From: a virus
Lineage: Duplodnaviria; Caudoviricetes
Length of the DNA stretch: 64,000 nt
Reading direction: 5' to 3' (one strand)
IMG/VR virus record: IMGVR_UViG_3300032030_002018
Positions 28,664-37,475 of the stretch are shown one piece after another. The notes beneath the pieces are model-generated. The model saw only the letters and a list, made by a program, of their open reading frames with translations. It was not told the DNA's origin and did not search any database. Both the position numbers and the translations under genes were made by a program. The first letter of the stretch is position 1. Every line of letters begins with the position of its first letter.

Positions 28664-29869
28664 ATGTTGATATTATACGAAGCTGAAAATGATAAGTTGT
28701 CAAAACAGACGATTGCCGTTCCAACATACATTAGGAAAACAGCGATTGCCTTAAAAGCTTCGTATCCAAACAAAAAGTCTGATGGCTACAAAAGGCTTTC
28801 TCACATTATTGACCCTGAATACAACAAGTTCAAGAAGAACAAATACAACAAAAAACAGGAGAACATAACAAACAGTGATGATAATAACCCTGACAAGGTT
28901 GTTAAAATACCGGCAACAACGGTCAAACAGATTGGAAGGGAATTGAAAACACCTTATTCACTTGCAAACAACAAAACCCAGAATATGATTAGGTCTTGGG
29001 CTAATAACGCAGTGCAAAAGGAACGGTCAAAAAACAAACCTGTCATACCTGTTAAGAAGACATCAAAGGCGAGTAAGTTAAAGCCGATGGAAACTCCAAA
29101 ACCCGATACGGTTAAATATGGCGGTGGAAAACTCACATTGGACCATAAGTCTCCAATTACAGTAAATATATCTGAATCACAAGTAATTATGTTATCAGAA
29201 AATGTTGGCAATACAATTGACCTTACTGATGATATCAAAAGATATATGTCACTATGCCAAAATGCAGATATATTAAATCCAAATATGTCAATAGAAGCAA
29301 GCAATTTACATAAAAAACTTATGTACCTTCTTACCGGTGATGAAGAAGCGCACGAAGATGAAGAATACAGAACTGGTTTTGGAATGTTATTGTCAAGAAT
29401 AAGACCCTGGATAAAACGTGGCGCAAAATTTATTTTAGACCGTTCAGAATGGGAGTGGAAATGTATTATTGGCGATGATGAGATAAAAGGTGATTGTTGG
29501 CTAGCTGGATACGACGTGCTATATAATGATAGAATAATAAACAAGAACTGTCGTTTTACATTTAATAACCAAGAATGGGTGATACCTTTTGAGATAAAGA
29601 ACGGTATTATACTTGGAGAACTTGATTACAGACCCAGTTCACGTTTTTCAAGTACAGGATATTATCACGACCCGGAAACAACAAAAATATCAAAAGAAGC
29701 AGCCTCAATAATAAGGGGAAAAGGTTTGATACCAATAATAATTGATTTCGGAACATACCACGAAAACATATACAAATTATTTGGAGTATTCCCTGAGAAA
29801 TTTGAGGAATTCAAAAAATCACTTGAAGAGGAAGGTGAAAATGATTTTGTGACAACTGTCGAAAATTGA
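28664..29869 (+). CDS. Hypothetical two-module protein with an internal tag-like segment
   Basis: 401-aa ORF; ITVNISESQVIMLSE separates a basic N-terminal part from a globular C-terminal part. Confidence 0.7.
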   Translation: MLILYEAENDKLSKQTIAVPTYIRKTAIALKASYPNKKSDGYKRLSHIIDPEYNKFKKNKYNKKQENITNSDDNNPDKVVKIPATTVKQIGRELKTPYSLANNKTQNMIRSWANNAVQKERSKNKPVIPVKKTSKASKLKPMETPKPDTVKYGGGKLTLDHKSPITVNISESQVIMLSENVGNTIDLTDDIKRYMSLCQNADILNPNMSIEASNLHKKLMYLLTGDEEAHEDEEYRTGFGMLLSRIRPWIKRGAKFILDRSEWEWKCIIGDDEIKGDCWLAGYDVLYNDRIINKNCRFTFNNQEWVIPFEIKNGIILGELDYRPSSRFSSTGYYHDPETTKISKEAASIIRGKGLIPIIIDFGTYHENIYKLFGVFPEKFEEFKKSLEEEGENDFVTTVEN

Positions 29870-29928
29870 CAGTTTTTAAAATGAAAACTATTTATTATAA
29901 ATAAATAATATTTAAATTTTATACAAAT

Positions 29929-30333
29929 ATGGCAACATATGCTAATGGACAGACCTGTCTTGAAAGGAGAGGTATAGAAGAAAGAAATAATGAAATAGTC
30001 AGAAGTGACTATAACATCGAAAACCAATACGGTCCAACCCATCCTGATGCAATAAGCGATGGCGACCCACAAGGTAAAGGTACTGGTCACGGTGGTCATA
30101 CTGCTTGGTTACCAGACTGTACTCTTCCAACTAATATGATTCGTTATTCCAACTTTGACACAGAACACGGTGGCGGTTCTTATGACATTGAGGGTAGAAA
30201 CGGTCATAGCGGAAGAAACAAAGCTCTTGCAACATCTATGTACAACAAGGAAAGACCTTATGGAGCAGACCTTGTTAACACAGAGGAAAACATTCGTCAG
30301 GGACAGTACTTCGTTTCTTTGAACTATAAATAA
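29929..30333 (+). CDS. Hypothetical (probable virion) protein
   Basis: 134-aa ORF behind TATTTATT (29889-96). Confidence 0.75.
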   Translation: MATYANGQTCLERRGIEERNNEIVRSDYNIENQYGPTHPDAISDGDPQGKGTGHGGHTAWLPDCTLPTNMIRYSNFDTEHGGGSYDIEGRNGHSGRNKALATSMYNKERPYGADLVNTEENIRQGQYFVSLNYK

Positions 30334-30351
30334 TCAAAACGATATTGTCTA

Positions 30352-31089
30352 ATGAGTCTGAATCTGTATGACATCCTAAAACAGACATTGACTGAATCTG
30401 TTGACCAATCAAGTGTCATAGATGCAATTGATAATAAATACCAGGTGTGGGTTTACTACAGTGATGAGGAGAACCACGCACCTGGTAGACGTCTTGTTGA
30501 ACCATATGTCTACGGAATATCAAAAGCTGGTAACCCAATAATAAGGGCTTTCGTTTGGAAAGGTGATTCATACAGAGGCGCGCCAAGGTGGGAAACTATG
30601 AGACTTGACAGGGTTACATCTTGGAAACCAAGAAAGAATAATCATTTCCAAACAGACCCAAGAAGTCTTGGAGCATTAGTTCCTGGATATAATCCAAATG
30701 GTGACAAGTCAATGACATCTGTCATCAAACAAGTCAAATTTGACGGTAGCGACAACCAAACAAGTCTTGACACTGTAAGACAGCAATCTATTGCCACAAA
30801 GAATCTTGGAAAGGTTAATCTCAATAAGGCGAAGACAGACCTATACGGAAACCTTCCTTTCAACCAGTACAAGAAGAATGTGTATTCAAGAAACACAAAG
30901 AAGAATGATATGGTCGCAAAGAACATATCAGATACACAGAAATCAAGAGAGGAATGGGAGAAGATTTGGCAACAAGTGGAACAAGAACGCAACAATGGTG
31001 ATAATGAAGGCTATATGGATTACAGGAACGGGCCAATTAATACTGACGAAACTGAAACATTAAACACAGATAAAAATGGCAAGCAATGA
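30352..31089 (+). CDS. WYL-domain protein
   Basis: VWVYY...RRLVEPYVYG...WETMRLDRVTSW. Confidence 0.75.
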   Translation: MSLNLYDILKQTLTESVDQSSVIDAIDNKYQVWVYYSDEENHAPGRRLVEPYVYGISKAGNPIIRAFVWKGDSYRGAPRWETMRLDRVTSWKPRKNNHFQTDPRSLGALVPGYNPNGDKSMTSVIKQVKFDGSDNQTSLDTVRQQSIATKNLGKVNLNKAKTDLYGNLPFNQYKKNVYSRNTKKNDMVAKNISDTQKSREEWEKIWQQVEQERNNGDNEGYMDYRNGPINTDETETLNTDKNGKQ

Positions 31090-31789
31090 ACTTATGTCTT
31101 CTGCGATGGAAAGAGCAAGAAGGATTATACAAAATGACGCGAAGAAAGATGCAAAAGTAATAATGGAGCGTGCAGCTGACAGGAATAAGATGTTAAACCA
31201 AACAGTAAAAGCAAGTGAGTTTGACAATCTTATGCCTTCGTATTCATCGAACCAACCACAAATAATTAACGAAGACCACGGAACACACGGTGAATATCTT
31301 GACAATCAGATTGAAAGCAGAATGCAAGCACTCAGGGAATCTGTTAAAAGCCAAGGTCAAAGAAGAATAGAGACACCTAAAAATGTTATGCCAAACAGTA
31401 AATCCAAACTTCCAAAGGAGATATTGGAATCATTCGCAACAAATCAGATTGATTACAGCAAACTAAGTAATGATTCTGTACTTGATTTTGTTGACATACA
31501 ACCTATGGAACAACGTGAGGTAATACAGGAAGAATATGAAGGAGCATCACAACCATCAATCAATACAGGAGTTGATTATTCTTTGATTAAGGATATTGTT
31601 GAAAGTACCGTCAAGAAATATATGGGTGCTTATACAAAGAAAATCATAAGCGAAAGCAAGAATAATAACAGTCTTTCAGATTTGAAAGCCATAAAAATGG
31701 GAGATACATTCAGTTTCATCACAGAGAACGGAGATGTGTTTGAGGCAAAACTCACATTTAAGAGAAACATACACGAAGGAAAAAAATGA
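31076..31789 (+). CDS. Hypothetical protein (probable head-associated)
   Basis: 237-aa ORF with repeated I/L-x-E sites (IINE, LRES, IQEE, IISES). Confidence 0.7.
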   Translation: MASNELMSSAMERARRIIQNDAKKDAKVIMERAADRNKMLNQTVKASEFDNLMPSYSSNQPQIINEDHGTHGEYLDNQIESRMQALRESVKSQGQRRIETPKNVMPNSKSKLPKEILESFATNQIDYSKLSNDSVLDFVDIQPMEQREVIQEEYEGASQPSINTGVDYSLIKDIVESTVKKYMGAYTKKIISESKNNNSLSDLKAIKMGDTFSFITENGDVFEAKLTFKRNIHEGKK

Positions 31790-32229
31790 CAAAGGAAGTT
31801 TTAAAATTCGTAAACAGGCTTGAAGGATTTAAGACAGCAATAAAAAACCTTCACTGGAACGCAAAGAATATGTCACAACATAAACTGTGCGACGATATTG
31901 CTGACAGAATAGCAGATTTCCAAGACCAAGTGTCAGAGGTTGAGCAATCAATAACCGGAAATCTGAAATTCAACCGTCTGTCACCAATAAAATACAGGAT
32001 ATCATCACTTAAGAAATTTGTAAAGGACGTTATATCATACACAAATTCATTCTATAAGGAACTTCATAAAAAAGGCGATGATTATATAGGTATGAGAAGT
32101 GATGTAGAATCATTTCTAAGCGATATGCAAAGAAATCTTTATCTTGTGAATTTCACATTGAAAGAATCAAAAGTAAATCGAATAGTCTCACAAGTTATCA
32201 AAGAAGAAACAAATAGGATTTTGCATTAA
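31786..32229 (+). CDS. Ferritin/Dps-like protein
   Basis: IKNLHWNA...HKLCDD...DQVSE; C-terminal tag-like LKESKVNRIVSQVIKE. Confidence 0.7.
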   Translation: MTKEVLKFVNRLEGFKTAIKNLHWNAKNMSQHKLCDDIADRIADFQDQVSEVEQSITGNLKFNRLSPIKYRISSLKKFVKDVISYTNSFYKELHKKGDDYIGMRSDVESFLSDMQRNLYLVNFTLKESKVNRIVSQVIKEETNRILH

Positions 32230-32285
32230 TATGATACTCACACAAACTTTATGGTGAGGTGGTAATAACCTCTTATTTTCATTTT

Positions 32286-32321
32286 AAAAAAATGAGCAGT
32301 CAGTATAATGGCTGCTCATTT
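32286..32321. terminator. Bidirectional terminator, ATGAGCARTC family copy 4
   Basis: ATGAGCAGTC-N8-GGCTGCTCAT; contains the stop codon of the 32316 gene. Confidence 0.8.
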
Positions 32322-32987
32322 GAAATTATTATCAATATATCTACTTAAATCATTGCAATTCAATTCTATAAGAACATCTGTAAATGCAATATTATTCCAT
32401 TTGTCAGATAAAAGTATATTGTTTCTATTGTCAATATACCATATTTCCTTGAAATAGCAGCTTAAGACACCAATATCAGGTATCATTTGACTATCTCCAC
32501 TTATGAACAATATCCTGTTATTATTCAATGTTTTATTAATAAGTCGTGAACTTTTATGAGGATATTTATAAAGTCTATGATAACCAGTTATGTTACTATA
32601 ATTATCATTGCTTGATGTTATATCATTAAACGACAAATCTTTAAGTTCTTCTTTATCATTAAAACAAGAAATATTGTACTTATATTCTGTTTTTGGGATT
32701 AATACAGGTATTTCAAATCCATCTATTATCCTGGTAGATTTAATGAAATCATTCTCATTATATCCAAAATTCAACAAACTATCAAATAAAGGCAACGAGT
32801 ACTTCATATGGTACTCATTTCTGAAATGATTATGGTTCAATTTATACCCATCATACATCATACCTTTTTCAGGTAATGGTAATTTGTTAATCCCTTCAAT
32901 CCCATATTCCTTATATACATTATAATTTAGAGGGTATTGAACATATACAGCCTTATTTAAAAGTTCATCTTTTGTCATAATTCCCAA
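32316..32987 (-). CDS. Hypothetical protein (possible SGNH/AlgJ-like fragment)
   Basis: RILFISGDSQ...FKEIWYIDNR; low GC. Confidence 0.6.
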   Translation of the reverse strand: MGIMTKDELLNKAVYVQYPLNYNVYKEYGIEGINKLPLPEKGMMYDGYKLNHNHFRNEYHMKYSLPLFDSLLNFGYNENDFIKSTRIIDGFEIPVLIPKTEYKYNISCFNDKEELKDLSFNDITSSNDNYSNITGYHRLYKYPHKSSRLINKTLNNNRILFISGDSQMIPDIGVLSCYFKEIWYIDNRNNILLSDKWNNIAFTDVLIELNCNDLSRYIDNNFK

Positions 32988-33274
32988 CCGTTATAACCTG
33001 TCTGTTTCTTTCCTTTATACGCAGCGTCGTAATCCTTTTTAGCAATATCGTACTTTGAATGTGCATCGTTATACTCAGCCTCATCTTCTTTGCTCCAAGT
33101 ACTGTAGTGCCTTCCACCTATGTTCTTATCTGCGTCATCCCTTCTTTTCCTTGCCTTTATAAATTTGTCCATAGGTGTGTTTGCATTTATTGTTTCACCT
33201 TCATACAATGAGCGCAATGCGTTCTCAACCATACGAATTATATGTCCTTCAGTTAATCTTATTCTTCTTTTCAT
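32975..33274 (-). CDS. Small protein with putative capsid-targeting leader
   Basis: Starts MKRRIRLTEGHIIRMVENALRSLYE. Confidence 0.75.
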   Translation of the reverse strand: MKRRIRLTEGHIIRMVENALRSLYEGETINANTPMDKFIKARKRRDDADKNIGGRHYSTWSKEDEAEYNDAHSKYDIAKKDYDAAYKGKKQTGYNGWEL

Positions 33275-33280
33275 AATATT

Positions 33281-34765
33281 CTAAGCATATTTATTATTTA
33301 AATCGCCAATTATTTTGAAATGCAGCATATCGTGATGTATTATGCTTTGCATACCGTAGTTTATCTTAACATCAACATAATATTTCTGTGGTAACAACAT
33401 ATTTGTGTCAAGAACTGTGAATGTCTCATTCATCGTCTTGTTCATCCTGTCAAAAGGTATTACATCAAGTTCCCTTGTGCCATCTCTGACATACAGCCTC
33501 AATTCTATTGAATCAACAGAAGCAGCCATTGTTTTTGTGTAGTTAACCCTTGTTATAACACCAAGTTTCCTTATATCACCCCTCTTTATTTCCTCGTCAC
33601 TCTTTATTCCGAAAACAGAAGGTGTGAAATCAGGTTCATCCTCAATTGAATTTCCTATGTTGAAATATACAGAAGGTCTCTTCACGGTGAAATCAAGTTC
33701 AACGTCGTCAAGTTTAACCCCACCATATGATATGTTTCCCCAAGTATCAAACAACATAGTATCTGGTTCAAACTCTCCGTGAGGTAGTGTTATGTCTATA
33801 TAATACACACCTCTTGACTGATGTTTAACATCGTACTCTCTCTTAAAACCATAATCATTCCTTACTATACAAGTAGGAACATTGTCCAAATCAGTCAGTT
33901 TATCACCAATTGTACTATATAAGTATAATTTATTATTTTTATCCAATACAAAATTAGACCTGTCATCACTTATATAATCATCATAATATGTTTCTACAAA
34001 CGGTGCGAAGAATGTATTTGTTTTATCAGTAAGAAAACCACAATAATTCTCTATATATGACTCTTTATCGGTTTTATCATACTTAACCCTCTCAAATTGA
34101 GGGGAATATGCTATTCCAATACCATAATTTTCAAGTTCCCCTGTAATAAACTTATTAACGACATTTGTTATATCTAAATTAATATTCTCATTTCCAATAT
34201 CAAAATGCTGTCTTCCAATTATTACAACGCTTCCTTCTTCTGACGAGAAATTATCATATTCCCTTGACAAAGTGTCATTTGAATATATTCCTGGTTCATC
34301 CCAATCATAGCCATTACGCGCCTTATACCAGTTACTTCCGTCTGTTGATACAAGTCTTGAAGCATAATGTTTGCTCTTTGTATCATAGAAATCACGGTTA
34401 AAGGCTGTTCTGGAATAATCAAATCCCTTACCTCTATCCCAAAACTTTGGTATAAGGAAAAATATTATGTCGAATGACGTTGCTCTTCTTTTACGATTTG
34501 AGCCTATGCTACTGAATTCATTACAGTGAAGCTCTGTGAAATCTATTGAACCGGCATTTGTTATCCTCAATGTGTGATGAAGTTTTGACATATCAGGGAA
34601 TATATTGCTATCAACCATTTCCTTTAATTTTGAATGGTCGAAATAGCATATAATCCTAGACACGTTAGCACCGTACACCAACTCAGCTACTGGGTTGATG
34701 CCGGTGTTTAAACTTGAATCCTCAATCAAGGTATTGAACTTATTTATGTATGTTCTATAAATCAT
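33281..34765 (-). CDS. Putative virion structural protein
   Basis: 494-aa beta-rich ORF at the end of the fibre operon. Confidence 0.65.
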   Translation of the reverse strand: MIYRTYINKFNTLIEDSSLNTGINPVAELVYGANVSRIICYFDHSKLKEMVDSNIFPDMSKLHHTLRITNAGSIDFTELHCNEFSSIGSNRKRRATSFDIIFFLIPKFWDRGKGFDYSRTAFNRDFYDTKSKHYASRLVSTDGSNWYKARNGYDWDEPGIYSNDTLSREYDNFSSEEGSVVIIGRQHFDIGNENINLDITNVVNKFITGELENYGIGIAYSPQFERVKYDKTDKESYIENYCGFLTDKTNTFFAPFVETYYDDYISDDRSNFVLDKNNKLYLYSTIGDKLTDLDNVPTCIVRNDYGFKREYDVKHQSRGVYYIDITLPHGEFEPDTMLFDTWGNISYGGVKLDDVELDFTVKRPSVYFNIGNSIEDEPDFTPSVFGIKSDEEIKRGDIRKLGVITRVNYTKTMAASVDSIELRLYVRDGTRELDVIPFDRMNKTMNETFTVLDTNMLLPQKYYVDVKINYGMQSIIHHDMLHFKIIGDLNNKYA

Positions 34766-35094
34766 TTGTTCTCAAAACTTGCTTCTAATTCACGGTATTC
34801 ATTTCTCAATGCTCTTCTCTCTCCTTGCCAGTCACCATATTGTGTCATATCCTCGCCATCAATGTATTTTGATGTGAGATAATCCATTTGCTTTAATTCA
34901 TCCTCTATTTCTGACATCCTCTGTCTGATTAAGTCTTCTTCAGTTTCAACATAAGCCTCAGGTTCTGATTCCTTAATCCAACCATTCTCAATAAGCATTT
35001 CATCTGAAGGATTGATGACCTGTGTGTTTCCAACGATTATATAACCATTATACAACACCTTTTCATTGTTAATTATCTTATAGAAATTTTTCAT
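34762..35094 (-). CDS. Putative tail-fibre assembly chaperone
   Basis: Follows a fibre gene; ELKQMDY...WQGERRALR motif. Confidence 0.55.
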   Translation of the reverse strand: MKNFYKIINNEKVLYNGYIIVGNTQVINPSDEMLIENGWIKESEPEAYVETEEDLIRQRMSEIEDELKQMDYLTSKYIDGEDMTQYGDWQGERRALRNEYRELEASFENK

Positions 35095-35112
35095 TTGAAA
35101 AAATATTTTTTA

Positions 35113-37455
35113 TTAATTATAAACAAAATTCCAATTTATTGTCAATATTGTGGCGTTTGAAGGTGCAGCACTTGTACCGTCAACGTTAAACCATCCAATC
35201 TTGATATATGGTGCTTCTTTCCACATAGCGTTTGTAATCTCAAATGTGTCAGTTGATGATACGTGTATTGTCTTGTTATATTTTCTTACACCACTGTCAT
35301 TACATAAATATAAGCAACATTCATAAGTTGACGATGGGTTATTGAATGTTATTGTTCCTGGAGATAACAGCAACAATGGAAGTGAAGTTGTAACTAACCC
35401 AGAACTACTTGCTCCGTGACACTTATTTTGTTGAACGTCGTGTCCAGCCCAATAAACGCCTCCGTTACCCCACATTGGTAAATTCTGATATGTTATAGTG
35501 TCACCAGCGTGAACACCGCTTGCATACCTAAATGTGCCTCCGTTTTCAGGAACGAAAAACCTCTTCCTTACCTCATCGTATAATCCTGGTGTTGAATCTG
35601 ATTTCCTTATTACTGGATATATTCTAGATACATATATGTTTTCTTTTTTAGGTATTGACTTGTTTATACCGTAAAACTCCAGTTCATATATGTGAAATGT
35701 TGTGTTCGCATTAGAGTTTCCAATATATCTGTTACACAGGATTCTAAACTTATAATCACTATCGTGATAAGCGTCATTATTGGTAGATGTACGCTCGGTT
35801 ACATTGTATGTATATAACAATTGAGTTGCGCTGTTAACACTTATACTAATTCTTTCGTCTGCATAACTGTTTTTAGCGTCGGCTGTCTTACCGCTAAACC
35901 ATCTAATAGTATGTGTTCCTGCTGTGTTACCACTATAAGAAACAAGATAATGTCTGTCACTATCAGCATATGCCGCAATTAACGCATTTTGTCCATTAAC
36001 ACCATAATTATACTCGTTTGAGTAATATATGCTGTATCCACCGATTTCACCGATTGTAATATCAAGGTCAACAGGTCTTTCCTCACGCATAGTGTAAACA
36101 CAAGTAACCCTCTCATATTCTTTCTGCCAATCATATGGTTCTTCCATTATTAGGTCTCGTCTGTAATAAGGTGGAACAAGAAGATTCTTGTATTCGTGAT
36201 ACTTTCTGAAATTATTACCGTAAAACAATCTAAAATCAGACAATGTTCCCTTTGGAACGTACATTGTGTTACCACTTATATTACAAGTAATTGGAACTGG
36301 TTTATGGAAAATAACAGTGTCCAATGTCGAACCGTTAAATGCTCCGTTCTCTATTGTTGATATTGACATAGGTATTGTAACGGCCTTTCTATCTGGTAAT
36401 GAATTAGCTTTCAAAACATTCACAGAATCTGGCATCGTTAAAACAGTATTTGCAAAAATAAGTTCTGTTCCGTTTGAATTCAGCAACCCATTTTTATCTT
36501 CTGTTACAGTAAGTGACTGATGTCCTTCTGCGACCTCAAACTTTGAAGTGATTATCTTTGTCAGATGCGTATTTTGCCAAGTTGAACCTGAGTCTATTAC
36601 TATTTTTTCAACATTAGTACAATCTACTGATATATTAGTACACCCATTAAAAGCCGTAGAATTAACAACCGCGCCATTATCCAATGTTATTGAAGTCAAT
36701 GATGTACAATTGTTAAAACAATAGGCTGGTATTGTCAACCCTGTACAGTACTGTAATTCGTCAAGATGAGTTACAGAAGAGAATGGTGACACATCTCCGC
36801 TACTCAATGCCCTAAGGACAACATCGTCAGTGTACACCTCATCAACAGTTGAGTGAATCCACCCCTCGTTATGCGCCAACTCTATAAGTTCAGGGTTTGT
36901 TTCAGTATCAGCAAGGAACACACCAAATAGTTCTCCTCTTGTTATCGCCCAATCAATATAGTTATCGTCAGAAACTGCTAAATTAACCCTTACTGGGTTT
37001 ACAAATGTTGAGCCAGACTTAACAACACCACAATATTCTGTTCTTGATGTGTGCGTACTTATGTTAAGTTTGAAAGTATCATTCCCATTGTCAAGGATTG
37101 TGAATGTAGGGTTCGTTCTGTTTTTGTCGTCACTGTTCAATGCAGATGGAACAGAACCGTGTATCTTTGGTTTATCCCATACATTAAGTACATTATATCC
37201 CCTAAGTATAACCGTTTTCTCATCCCATACCCCACTCTTAATTACTTTCTCAAAGTATATGTCCATACCACTTTCCTGACAGCTGACATTGGTGTTATAT
37301 GTTAGATATATAACACCGTCAGCCCAGTATCGTTCAGCACCCATATTGTAAAGTTTGAACGGAGTGTTTATAGAATAACAAGAATCGTCTTTAAAGTTTA
37401 TCGGGATAATCGGTTTTTTATATATTTGACCTGGTATCTTATTTGACCTACTCAC
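35113..37455 (-). CDS. Putative receptor-binding/tail protein with BspA-like LRR segments
   Basis: IPAYCFNNCTSLTSITL; PVIRKSDSTPGLYDEVRKRFF module. Confidence 0.65.
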   Translation of the reverse strand: MSRSNKIPGQIYKKPIIPINFKDDSCYSINTPFKLYNMGAERYWADGVIYLTYNTNVSCQESGMDIYFEKVIKSGVWDEKTVILRGYNVLNVWDKPKIHGSVPSALNSDDKNRTNPTFTILDNGNDTFKLNISTHTSRTEYCGVVKSGSTFVNPVRVNLAVSDDNYIDWAITRGELFGVFLADTETNPELIELAHNEGWIHSTVDEVYTDDVVLRALSSGDVSPFSSVTHLDELQYCTGLTIPAYCFNNCTSLTSITLDNGAVVNSTAFNGCTNISVDCTNVEKIVIDSGSTWQNTHLTKIITSKFEVAEGHQSLTVTEDKNGLLNSNGTELIFANTVLTMPDSVNVLKANSLPDRKAVTIPMSISTIENGAFNGSTLDTVIFHKPVPITCNISGNTMYVPKGTLSDFRLFYGNNFRKYHEYKNLLVPPYYRRDLIMEEPYDWQKEYERVTCVYTMREERPVDLDITIGEIGGYSIYYSNEYNYGVNGQNALIAAYADSDRHYLVSYSGNTAGTHTIRWFSGKTADAKNSYADERISISVNSATQLLYTYNVTERTSTNNDAYHDSDYKFRILCNRYIGNSNANTTFHIYELEFYGINKSIPKKENIYVSRIYPVIRKSDSTPGLYDEVRKRFFVPENGGTFRYASGVHAGDTITYQNLPMWGNGGVYWAGHDVQQNKCHGASSSGLVTTSLPLLLLSPGTITFNNPSSTYECCLYLCNDSGVRKYNKTIHVSSTDTFEITNAMWKEAPYIKIGWFNVDGTSAAPSNATILTINWNFVYN

Positions 37456-37475
37456 TTTTCAACTACTTTAATATA

